Of a stretch of 64,000 nt of DNA, positions 37,270 through 48,100 are shown piece after piece. Source of the DNA: Octopus vulgaris (lineage: Eukaryota); assembly GCA_951406725.2 (NCBI GenBank), contig OX597818.1:34906001-34970000 (forward strand), written 5' to 3'. A program made the position numbers and the translations under genes. Below the pieces are notes generated by a model. That model worked only from the letters and a program-made list of their open reading frames with translations, was not told the origin of the DNA and ran no database searches. Every line of letters begins with the position of its first letter. Position 1 is the stretch's first letter.

Positions 37270-40200
37270 AGATAGGGGTACGTTATGCCGCAATAATATA
37301 TATACATATATACGACAGGCTTCTTTTCAGTTTCCGTCTACCAAATCCACTCACAAGGCTTTGGTCGGCCCGAGGCTATAGTAGAAGACACTTGCCCAAG
37401 GTGCCACGCAGTGGGACTGAACCCGGAACCATGTGGTTGGTAAACAAGTTACTTACCACACAGCCACTCCTGCACCTATTACTTTAGATTTTAACCCTAA
37501 CATCACAGCAAAACTAAGTATGTTTACACGCATTTCAGATCATATATGTACTGTGATATAAAATATAATGAAATAAGTCTATGTTGATATTTACCATCCA
37601 TAGAAGAAAGCTGAGTATTTCGATGCATCTGATAAGGAGATGTTGAATGGGATGACAGATCACTGGAGACAGCAGCATTGATGTTATGTAGACTCGAAGC
37701 TGGTGTGCTGGAGCGTCCTGAACTGAGAGAGGCTCCTAAACAAATACCTGAACTAGTACAGCAGCTATTTCCTACACTTGTACTGCTACTGGTGCTGTCT
37801 TCACGGGCTTTCAAAACTACAATTTGTTTTTCACCCATCTTCACTCCAGACATGTTATTTCCACTCAAGGATGAAGAAGAAGTAGGATTCATTGTAGTAA
37901 GCTGGATAGAGAAACAATAATAAAATAGTTAATTGTGAGGCCAGCGAAAAAAATAAAGTTTTATAAATTTATCTTTCTACATTTAGTTTCATGCAACCTT
38001 CCAAGTTCAAATTACATCAGGAGTTTACTTAACTGTTCAAACTTCCAAGATTGAAAAATAAGTACTAGCCATTTTACCCTTTTGCATTTAAACTGATCAC
38101 ATCACCAACATTTAGCGTCTGCTTTCCATGGTGGCATGGGTTAGACAGTTTGATTGAAACTGGTATGCTGGAGGGCTACACTGGTTCCAATCTGATTTGC
38201 CATGGTTACAACTGTCCAAATTAAACTAGTCAACAAGTAGAGTTTGTCATTATGTAAGTTATAATGCCAAACAAACATTTTCACAGGTTTAATGAAATAT
38301 GATTAACCCATTTTGGTTAGAGAACATCTCTTGAGTCTGATACAAGAAAGTGCACCTATTTCCTGCTGTAACTGATTTGGCAGTTTTTGTGTTGTCGTAT
38401 CTGATGAAGTGATATTAATTAACTTAATGTTAGCAAACCAATGAAGTTACTTACTAAATCAGAAGAATGTGGTTTAGCCAAGATTATTGGCGGTTTAGAG
38501 TTTAAAGAACTAAGATTTCCAGTATCTGATAGGTCTCGGTCTCCGCGTTCTTGAAAAAAGTCCTGTCAAATACAAAAAAAGTTTTACATATATATATATT
38601 TCATTAAAAGAAAAATAGTTGATTATTATGGGTGGAGAGGTTAGGGTTAAACAGAAAGCAAAGGAAATATCATTTTATGGCCTAAGTTGCTTAATTTAGA
38701 TTTAAAATACCCAGGTGAATAAAGGTACTGGAATACCAGCAAGCACCTATATTACATGTTCAAATCAGCAAGCAGTTTATCATATTCCTGGGGAGAAGAC
38801 TTTATCCATATTATCTCATCTCACCAAGATGCTGAGAAGTAACAAATCATCTCAGAAACCTATCTGAAATAAACTGTGTGTTCTATTCAAGATCAAATTT
38901 ATTTCTCAGCTGCTCACATCATGAACCCAAAGTGAAACACTGACATAAAAAAAAAAATCCTTTCAGGCTTAAGAGATACCTAATTCCTTTTTCTTCTTAT
39001 ATGTCTGATTGGCACTCGTGCCAGTGGAACGTTAAAAGTGCATCCGAACATGGGGTGTAACTAGCTCACTTATGAGTGCCCCTCATTCATTGGACAACGA
39101 ACTTTGCTTGTGAAGACCTATTGAGGCAAGTGTAAACAAATCAAAATAGCTTACATGGCCAATGACAGTACCGCCTGATTGGCACTTGTGCCAGTGGAAC
39201 GTTGAAAGCACATCCAAGCGTGATCGTTGCCAGGGCCATGGATTGGCTCCTGTACAGGTGACACGTGAATAGCACCATTCGAGTGGGATCGTCGCCAGCA
39301 TTGCCTTACCGGCACATGAAAACCAACATTTGAGCATGGTTGTTGCCAGTGCCGCCGGACTGGCTCCCATACAGGTAGCACATAAAAACACCTTTGAGCG
39401 TGGTCGTTGCCAGAACCGCCTGACTGGCCCTCATGCCAGTAGCATGTAAAAACACCCACTACACTCTTGGAGTGGTTGGTGTTAGGAAGGGCATCCAGAT
39501 GTAGAAACTTTGGTAGATAAGATTGAGCCTGGTGCAGCCTCTGGCTCACCAGTCCTCAGTCAAACCAGCCAACCCATGCTAGCATGGAAAGCGGACGTTA
39601 AACGATGATGATGATGTTTAAACCAGGTTAGCTTTCATTGAGTAAACCAACCATCAGTGGCATTCCAGCTGTGACTATTTCATCTATTTTTACATCAAGG
39701 ACTATGTTGTTATTTTTGATGAAATAGAGAGTGATTTGAGAGGTCTTGTCACTATTTCTAACAAAGCAGGTGACCTTGTAGTAATATTATCTAGCATGTT
39801 GTGTGGGGAATGAAACTAAACCAAATATAACATACTGGTGGCATGTAAAAAGCATACACTACTCTCTCAGAGTAGTTGGCGTTAGGAAGGGTAGCAGCTG
39901 TAGAAAGATTGTCAGTTCAGATTAGAGTCTGGTGAGGCCTCCTGGCTTGCCAATCCCCAGTCAAACCGTCCAGCCCATGCCAGCATGGGAAACGGACGTA
40001 TGAGGATGATGATACCTAGAAGAACTGTCAAAATTCTATCAGAAATGTTTAAAGGTAACAAGCATTATTTAGAAAACCGAAATGTAAAAGTTGATACACA
40101 TATTGTCATTTTATGTCAGCTTTCCATGCATGGATGGGTTGTTATGGACCAAGTCACTTCATATTTTGAACAACACCAAGACCCTTATAAATAGGGTATT

Positions 40201-42336
40201 GTTTGTATGCTCCTTTTTGGCAGGGTTTCTATGGCTGGATGCCTTTCCTAATGCCAACCACCACAGAGTATACTGGATGCACATAATTATAGTACCAGCA
40301 GTAGAGAGTGCTAGACTGTCAGATCATTGACAAGATTAAAGTCCAGTGTAGCATATGTGGTCTCCCTTGGTTCATCAAACATTCTGAAGACAGTACTGGG
40401 TGCACTGTGGTGCCAGAACTAGCGAATTGTTTTGTACACCATGACTAAAGCGATCTCGCCCTCTGTGTTGTCACCTTTTGTTTGAGGGAGTGAACTGAAG
40501 AATAGCAGAAAAGATGATGGTAGTAAGAGAGATACATCGAGTAATGGATAGCAATGAAGATAGGCGATGGTAAGAGCAAATGGTGGATATCAATAGAGAA
40601 AGCAATGGTTAGCAATAAAGGCTGATGTTAAGGAACACTGAATATGTACATATCAGGTATCATCCCTTGTTATAGAGACGTCAAGGTGAATGAAAGGTAA
40701 AATGATAAAGGATAATGATACATCAATTATCATTTAGCAATACACAAAGCAAAAAGGATACACGTGTGCAAATATAAATAAATCGAAAAATTAAATTATA
40801 TATCAAGGTCCGATTAAGGCCAAATTGCGTTCTAAACACCTCACCTAACAATAGTGCCCGGTTCTAACCTTCCGTTCGAGCGTTATTAACGAGAAATTAC
40901 GACAGAGTAACTGCTAAAATGTGAAATAAATGAAAAATCCAGTTTTCGTCCCAGTCGAACCCAGCAACTATATCAAATACAACACGTTAAATAGCAATAT
41001 GCTGTTTACTTAGAACTACAACAAGGAAAAATTGCAATTTTTCAGTAACGTGTTATTCATTGTCTTGTTAAATTTTACCTTTTGCGCCATGGTAAATCCT
41101 GCACCGGGGAAAAACTGTGGTGCCTGACAACCTCGGTTCACTAAGGACGTACATGCACTGATTTTAATAGTTAATAAAGGCCTCGCTCTCTCTCTCATAT
41201 ATATATATTCTGATTACTGCTAACTGAAACAAGTTCATCTTACTCTATTCAGCAACAATACGATAACAAATATCAAATTACTTGCCGAACAAGTACAACT
41301 CTGAAAGTGATAATTTGAAAATAACAAATATGAAACTAGTCTAAATTGAGAAGAGAATGGGAAAATGATGAAAGAGGCGGAATGAAAATAAATTCTGCAG
41401 TTTAATAAACTGAAATATTCGCAGTTTCCGGAAGAAAAATTACAATAAAATTCATAGAAAATTGAAAACGCATTACAAGAATTAAAATATATACAATATT
41501 AAATAAATGTAAAATAGTTAAGTAATGATTTTTTTTTTTTCACTTTAATTGTCAAAAAAATTTAATTAAAGGAAGCGAACATCATTTGCTTTGGTATCTG
41601 GAGCCACACCGAAATGAAATTCGCACGACACATGAAATTATTCTAAACTCGAAAGTTACTTTCTTCATAAGAACAACGTCTCGTTCTTATTGACTTGTAA
41701 ACAGATGAAATTAGTCCGGTTGTACTAAAGTATATCTGGCAATCTTTCGTCTCTAGTAGACCTTTCCGTCGAAAGATTGCCGTATATCTTGTAATAAAAC
41801 TTTTAACAGGCACTTCTTTAGGACAGATGACACGATTATGAGTGGGCAGGCGAAGCTATATACATATGTATATATTTATCAATAATAATAAAGGGTGAAA
41901 TTAATTAATGATTATTCCAAATTAATTAATTTCACCCTTTATTATTATTGATACATATATATATACATATGTATATACACACTTCAATATTTAGAATTGC
42001 TCGTCTTTTTTGAAAAAGGAAATGTTTTCTTTTTAAAATGCCAAATAACAATAAATGAAAAAAAAATTAAATGACATATTTTCTGGGAGGTAAAAAAAAA
42101 AAAAACGATATTTAGAATGAAAACATATGTATTTATTGCAGGAAGAGATTACGTGCAATAATTTAGATTTGAAGAACGTGAAGCATTTCCTCAATTAAAC
42201 ATACTGTGATGGTCAGTAAACGAAAAAGACATGTTTTAAAAAATTACTGTTGAAGGGAATTTTTTACCTTACGTCCAGCTCGGCGCCTTCGTCTGTTTCG
42301 TCCTCCTCGATCGCCGCGCTCAAGCGGATCAGACAT
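23338..42336 (-). CDS. SMG9: SMG9 nonsense-mediated decay factor, complete; 13 coding exons, 1518 nt, 505 aa
   Basis: complement join 42336-42268, 38562-38455, 37901-37595, 35683-35592, 33596-33484, 31916-31805, 30236-30141, 29501-29416, 28697-28597, 26540-26433, 25402-25289, 24759-24627, 23416-23338. All introns are GT-AG with consistent phases. Contains the P-loop [28 protein letters not shown] and [21 protein letters not shown] motifs characteristic of SMG9. Confidence 0.95.
24627..24759 (-). CDS. SMG9: SMG9 exon 12 ([10 protein letters not shown]...THTILSEKN)
   Basis: Conserved sequence; phases fit. Confidence 0.95.
25289..25402 (-). CDS. SMG9: SMG9 exon 11 (LPGL...[10 protein letters not shown])
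   Basis: Lies within ORF 25257-25445; conserved VNLFLxP. Confidence 0.9.
25580..25960 (+). mobile_element. Penelope-like 3' end relic with a degenerate hammerhead motif (25810-25887)
   Basis: [13 protein letters not shown] resembles the PLE ORF C-terminus (LNRDxGxxLxxxW); followed by tgtct-CTGATGA...GAAAC..agaca. Confidence 0.5.
26433..26540 (-). CDS. SMG9: SMG9 exon 10 ([12 protein letters not shown]...KLKYK)
   Basis: Conserved QNKA; phases fit. Confidence 0.9.
26660..26931 (+). mobile_element. tRNA-derived SINE family D (V-domain-like) inserted into an older LINE tail
   Basis: A-box tggccaagtgg and B-box ggttcgaatc; 14-bp TSD atgggttggatctg (26646-26659 / 26932-26945); related decayed copy at ~62385-62580. 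Confidence 0.8.
28597..28697 (-). CDS. SMG9: SMG9 exon 9 ([13 protein letters not shown]...DYYPQI)
   Basis: Conserved TAEMxKPSTP; phases fit. Confidence 0.95.
29416..29501 (-). CDS. SMG9: SMG9 exon 8 ([24 protein letters not shown])
   Basis: Highly conserved SMG9 block. Confidence 0.95.
30141..30236 (-). CDS. SMG9: SMG9 exon 7 (PVLSASVLD...CMEMQ)
   Basis: 96 nt, phase 0/0, conserved sequence. Confidence 0.9.
30630..31597 (-). mobile_element. SINE family B with an internal microsatellite expanded to ~610 bp
   Basis: 3' half at 30630-30840 and 5' half at 31453-31597, flanking the TA/TACA tract. Confidence 0.8.
30840..31452. repeat. Compound (TA)n/(TACA)n microsatellite
   Basis: Directly visible; produces the long Y/I/H/T and M/Y/V/C ORFs in the track. 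Confidence 0.95.
31805..31916 (-). CDS. SMG9: SMG9 exon 6 ([21 protein letters not shown])
   Basis: Conserved G-domain motifs; phases fit. Confidence 0.95.
31975..32343 (+). mobile_element. RTE LINE 3'UTR copy (3 modules)
   Basis: Modules, aggaagggcatcc block and (gat)n tail; upstream flank homologous to 49445-49500(-). Confidence 0.75.
33484..33596 (-). CDS. SMG9: SMG9 exon 5 (P-loop, [22 protein letters not shown])
   Basis: Walker A motif; canonical splice sites. Confidence 0.95.
34915..35420. repeat. Unclassified ~500-bp probable interspersed element between (AAT)n tracts
   Basis: GC-richer block flanked on both sides by aat repeats; no recognisable ORF and no second copy seen in the window. 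Confidence 0.4.
35592..35683 (-). CDS. SMG9: SMG9 exon 4 ([17 protein letters not shown])
   Basis: Resembles the conserved SIKLVDDQMNWCDSAIE block; canonical splice sites. Confidence 0.9.
37035..37478 (-). mobile_element. SINE family B, full length
   Basis: Close match to 5048-5465; a ~30-bp foreign insert (~37268-37296) sits in the internal (TA)n. Confidence 0.85.
37595..37901 (-). CDS. SMG9: SMG9 exon 3 (Ser-rich disordered region)
   Basis: Lies within ORF 37524-37892; ccag| acceptor, G|gtaaat donor. Confidence 0.85.
38455..38562 (-). CDS. SMG9: SMG9 exon 2 ([10 protein letters not shown]...[14 protein letters not shown])
   Basis: tttgacag| acceptor, |gtaagt donor, 108 nt, phase 0/0. Confidence 0.85.
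39005..39616 (+). mobile_element. RTE LINE 3'UTR copy with ~6 diverged modules
   Basis: One of the longest module arrays in the window, ending in (gat)n. Confidence 0.75.
41877..41953. repeat. Perfect 33-bp inverted repeat with an 11-nt loop
   Basis: tatcaataataataaagggtgaaattaattaat (41877-41909) and its exact reverse complement (41921-41953). Confidence 0.95.
42268..42336 (-). CDS. SMG9: SMG9 exon 1 ([23 protein letters not shown])
   Basis: ATG at 42336; Arg-rich N-terminus as in SMG9; aag|gtaaaa donor in phase 0; locally CpG-rich. Confidence 0.8.
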
Positions 42337-42805
42337 TACGATCCACACTGCTTAACCTTAAATCATCTCAGGACAGTTTTTTGTATTTACACCGGCGGTG
42401 ATACCGAGGAAATCTAAAAAATTTGTTTTAAAATTTAAAATCGTTATAGTATATTCATCATTATAATCATTATTATTTTCATATCTTTTTTTACAGTTGA
42501 ATGGAACAAAAATCTAGGAACTATAGATCTAAATTACTCTAAAAGAATGTTCTTAGATTTTTGTCTTACCCTTTGGAATTTAAACACCTATTTAAATTAT
42601 TGATTTCACACTGAACCTGTCTTATTTATTGTTAATTTAATCGATAAATTAAGGCTAGTAATTATCTAAAATAATTTATCCAGAATTCTTTAAAGAAATA
42701 TCCTGATGTTAATAGTTCTGGAGACAACTGAAATATCAACCAAGGGAGATAATTTCAGACACCGGAAGTTCCCTTGACAATTTTGTTTGGAAATATTCGA
42801 GCCAG
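42337..42805. promoter_or_regulatory. Putative bidirectional promoter for SMG9 and TBRG1, including a candidate TBRG1 non-coding first exon
   Basis: Divergent genes; ETS-type CCGGAAGT at 42762-42769; DRE-like ATCGATA at ~42640; candidate donor ccag|gttagg at 42805; region lacks the SINE/LINE families. Confidence 0.5.
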
Positions 42806-44244
42806 GTTAGGATTTCGCAAATATTAATTATATTATTATTTCTTTAACATTTACTCTGCATGAATTCAAATTAATTGTGAGATACTATTTTCTCTTCAGC
42901 TCATGTATTGATGTCGAGTGTATATCATAAGCAATACAGTTAACCCTGTATACATTCAGCTTACATATATTTCAGTTATGTATTCTAGAAATACCGGTAT
43001 CTTAATCAAAATAGATTACCTCTTGAGCTTTCGTTTGTCATGGTAATTTACTTTGTCATTGAATGATCATTGTTGTCAATATTTCACACGCACTTACTCT
43101 GCCTAATCTATAAAAAATCAAGCTCTATCTATCCCTTCCATAAGCAAACCATCCCATCTACAATCAAAATAAAAGTTCATATCGTATTTACATTGTTCTT
43201 AGATTCGTTAGAATTTCAGATACTAATCGAAATATCAATTAACCAAATAAGACATAAAGGGATATCAGGTTGGGAAAATTTGGAAAGGTTGGCTCACTAT
43301 ACATATTCAATTTATCTTGTTTTTGTTTGTAAAATAAGCATGTTAAGAAACTTGATAGTTCTTTATTTTCATCCTTCACCTGCTCTTAAAAGCATCTTTA
43401 CAGTTTTTCGGCTATTAAATAACTAGTTGATGTTTAGCCACAACTCCGTTTGTGAAAGGCTTTCCAATATTGACCATCGGGTCCTTAAACATTAACCGTC
43501 CCTTTTTTTAAAAAATTTTCTTTCTGGCATAGTTTATATAGGGTTCCCCTAACTCTTCACCCCGCCCATTTTTTATTTATTCATTTTTTTTAAAGAGTAG
43601 TGTGGTTTGAAGAAAATCTCACTTATACAGAGAGATTCCTTTGTTGACAAGTTAAGGTCAACGGGAGAATAGCGAAACATTCACAACGGTTTTCTTTTGC
43701 TTTTCATGTGAGAAAAAATAAGTGGAATTTAAGAAAACAAAGTTGTCGCCAAGTTCCAAGTTCCTCAAATTCTGACGTAGTTCCTTAAATTCTTCGGTTT
43801 AAATCTTAATGTTCGTTCTTACTAATTTTATATAAACGTTCATCCATAATGGAAAACTGAGTAATGACGGAGTAAATGATCAACCTCTTCCGAATAAATA
43901 AACCCTGCTACATGTATAGAGTCCTTTTTCTTTCATTTGTACCTTTAAATGTGTATGTATGTATGTGTGTGTGTGTGTTTATATATGTAAAAACATTAAT
44001 CCCGATACTTTTCTCTCGTTTTTTCTTCTTTTTTTTTTAATGAGGTATGTGTATTTACTCTTGACATGTCTGTGTGTGTTCTTGTACCTTGTCAAATTAC
44101 ATTTCATATAATTTTCCTTTGTCAACTTGATGTCCTCATGATGGTGATAACTATTTTATGGTGGAGAGTTGTGTGAACATGTAGAATGGTAACAATGTTC
44201 TTTACTTCTGTTCCAGCAGCCAGCCATAGTTGGGAGCACTTGCC

Positions 44245-44325
44245 ATGGCTCCCGACCAGGGTTCCCGTGAATACTACTTCAGAAAATGGAAGAAAATGAA
44301 AAAAGATATTAAAGATACAATATTT
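44245..44325 (+). CDS. TBRG1: TBRG1 first coding exon (MAPDQGSREYYFRKWKKMKKDIKDTIF)
   Basis: gccATGG Kozak context; in-frame TAG upstream at 44227; acceptor at 44216; |gtgagt donor. Confidence 0.85.
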
Positions 44326-45130
44326 GTGAGTATATCAGCCTCTCTCCTTGTTTCTCTCTCTTTCTCCATATATATATATATATGTGTATATATATATATA
44401 TGTTTCTTTATTACCCACAAGAGGCTAAACATAGAGGGGACAAACAAGGACAGACAAACGGATTAAGTCGATTACATCGACCCCCAGTGCGTAACTGGTA
44501 CTTAATTTATCGACCCTGAAAGGATGAAAAGCAAAGTCGACCTTGGCGGAACTTGAACTCGGGATGTAACGACAGACAAAATACGGTTATGCATTTCGCC
44601 CGGCGTGCCAACGTTTCTGCCAGCTCGGCGCCATGTATATATATATTTATATGTATGCATATATATCACGCAAATGGCACCTGTGCTGGTGACATGTAAA
44701 AGCACCCATTACACACTTGAGGTGATTGGCATTTGGAAGAGCATCCAGTTGTAAAAATCCTGCCAAATCATACTGGAGCCTGGTGCAGCCTTCCAGCATA
44801 TTCAATCCGTCCAACCCATGCCAGCATGGACAACGGATGTTAAATGATGATGATGATGATATGTTGTTTGCTGCGCTGTTATCCATTTTCCCACATTGTG
44901 TTTTGATGGCTTCTGTTTGTTGTGTTCTTTCCGTTCTATCTTTCATTTATATGATTTTTTTTTCCTCCGTCTTCCCTTCTCTGGATCTTTCCTTTTCCTA
45001 TGTTTCTGACGAAGAGCTCCACTCGAAACGTAAAACCCTTCTTCTTCCCTTCCTTCCTGAGCGTCCAATAATGCTATATTTGTTCCATCTCTTTGCGTTG
45101 TTGTGTTTTCTCTGTGTTTTCATGTTTGAT

Positions 45131-45195
<65 letters not shown>

Positions 45196-48100
45196 CCTTT
45201 TACTTGTTTCAATCATTTGACTGTGGCCATGCTGGAGCACCGCCTTTAGTTGAACAAATCGATCCCAGAACTTATTCTTTATAAGCCTGGTACTTATTTT
45301 ATTGATCTCTTCTGCTGAACCGCTAAGTTATGGGCACGTAAACACACCCTCATTGCTTGTCAAATGATAGTGGGGTGGGGCAAAGACACAAACACACATA
45401 CACATGTACACATATTTATATACATGTACCGTTCAAGCGTGGCCGTTGCCAGTGCCTCCTGACTGGCTCCTGTGCAGGTGGCATGTAAAAAGTAGCATTC
45501 GAGTGTGGTCGATGCCAATACTGCCTGACTGGCTCCTGTGCCAGTGGCATGTAAAAAGCACCTGCTACACTCTTGGAGTGGTTGGTGTTAGGAAAGGCAT
45601 CCAGCTGGAAAAACCTTGCCAGATCAGATTGGAGCCTGATACAGCCTTCTGGCTTGCTAGTCCTCAGTGAAATGGGTTGAACAGTTTGACAGAGGACTGG
45701 TGAGCCAGAGGCTATGCCAGGCTCAATCTGATCTGGCAAAGTTTCTACAGCTGGATGCCCTTCCTAACGCCAACCAGTCTGAGAGTGTAGTGGGTGCTTT
45801 TACGTGCCACCGGCACAAGGGCCAGTCAGGCAGTCTGTGTAAATACACACACACACACACATATATTTGTATGTATGTATATATATATATATCATCATCA
45901 TCATCATCATTGAATGATGTGAAATCATATGCATTGAGCTCCAGTATCAGCTTTGATATGGTTTCTATTGCTGGATACCCCTTCCTAATACCAACCATTT
46001 TACAGTGTGCACTAGGTGTTTTCTTTTTTGGGGCAGGGGCTGGTTAACTGGAGAGCTGCCTGGGTTCCAAGCCTATTTTTGCATGCTTTCGTATCTGGAT
46101 GCCGTTCCTAATGCCAACACTTTACTGAGTGTACTGGAAGCCTTCACACAACACGGGCACAGGTGCTTTTTACGTGTCACTGGCACCCACAAACTTGCAA
46201 GATTAGGATCTCTCAGCTGAAGAGGGATGTAGGGTATATGCCTATCTGCAAGAGCAACCACATATTTATGTAGCTTGTCATGTCTTCTCAAGCCTAGTAA
46301 ACCACCAGAAGTCTTGGTCCCTTGTCATCCTTTCTGTGAGATCCACCGTCTGAAGATCCTTTTTAACCACTTCATTCCACATCTTCCTAGATCTACCCCT
46401 TCCACATGTTCACTCCACAAATTAGAGCTTGACACTTCTTAATGCAACTGTCTTCATTCATATGCATTATATGACTGTACTAGCGCTTCTTTCTTGCACA
46501 CATCTGATGCTCCATGTACCCAGTTTTTCTCTCAAATCGCTTACACACTGTTGTATATGCACTCTGAAATTAGCCACCCAGCAGAGCATACTGGCCTCAT
46601 TTTTTCATACCTTTGCGTGTCCTCAGCAGTCACAGCCCATATATATCAATATGCACAATCTCACACACACACACACACACATTTATCTGGCAATCTTTTG
46701 CACAGTTTCCTGTTACCAAATTATTTCTTTCATGAAACATTGGTCAGCCAGAACTTACAGTACACAAGGTTTCCTCAAGGCACCATGTAATGGGATTAAA
46801 CCAGAACCATGGAATTGTAAAATGAACTTTTTAACCACACTGTTATACTTATGACTATCATTCAAATTACTTGTTAATGTGGTTTATTTTTCTTGTTTTT
46901 TTTTATATTTTATTTTAATTTTATTTTATCCCTCTCCTCCTTTTTTCTAGGTGAATGCAGCTATATGTGATGAGGTGGTCAGAATAGAGGAAAAAGTTTT
47001 ACAAGTGAAGGAGGAACGAAGGTAAGTTTGTTATTGTATTTTCCAGCATACAAGTCAAATTTTTCTGACAAAAATTTACTGCCAAAAAGAAGTAGATTGA
47101 CTTATACACCAAGATGACTTTGGAGGATTAAAAACTCCATGTGAACTGCAGCTGGATTCGGAAAGACAGTGATGATGTTTAATTGTTTACACTATATATT
47201 ACGTCAACTTGTATACTGGAAAATACAGTAATGAAATCCAAACACAATGTTGCGATACCAGTGCCGGTGGCATGTAAGAGAACCATCCGAACATGGCCGT
47301 AGTCAGAACCATCCGAACATGGCATTCGTGCCAGTGGCACGTAAAAAGCACCATCCGATCGTGGCCGTTTGCAAGCCTCGTCTGGCACATAAAAAGCACC
47401 CACTACACTCACGAAGTGGTTGGCGTTAGGAAGGGCATCCAGCTGTAGAAACACTGCCAGATCAGACTGGGCCTAGTGCAGCCTTCTGGCTTCCCAGACC
47501 CCAGTTGAACCGTCCAACCCATGCCAGCATGGAAAGCAGACGTTAAACGATGATGATGAATGTTGCCAGATGGTCACTCTGTGAGTCATTGGTCTAGAGC
47601 AGCTTTCTGTCAGTAGTGCTGAGGACCTTTGAGTTAAATAATAATCTGAGGACAGCTGTGTAAAGAAGTGCCAAGCTCTGATTGTGGTGGGTACCTGTGG
47701 AAGGGGTAGACCCAGGTAGATGTGGGACAAAGTGGTGAGAAAGGATCTTTAAATGCTGGGCCTTTCTGAGGAAATGACAATGGACTGGGAGGTGTAACGA
47801 TTTGCTGTACTTGATAAGATGCACCAAGCTAAGTAAAATCGCTGTCTTCCACACTTACAGGCTTGTCCTTTCAGGTGCTGGTGCCACATTAACACACCAT
47901 TACTGGTGCTGCATAAATACATCTGTGTTGGTGACATGTAAAAAGCACGCTGCACACTTTGCTAAGTGGTCAGTGCTAGGAAGGGCATCCAGCTGTAGAA
48001 ACTCTGCAGATCACCTTATTCTCCAGACCTTGCTCCTTCAGACTACCATTTGTTTCGTAGTTTACAGACTCGTTTGGGGGACATAACTTTTGCAAGCCAG

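Noticed and set aside
41016-41198. ORF as the main SMG9 start (MAQK)
   Set aside because: The exon at 42336-42268 gives the Arg-rich N-terminus expected for SMG9; this one is kept only as a candidate alternative exon
43070-43426. 118-aa ORF upstream of TBRG1
   Set aside because: TTG start, AT-rich composition and no recognisable domain; probably intronic
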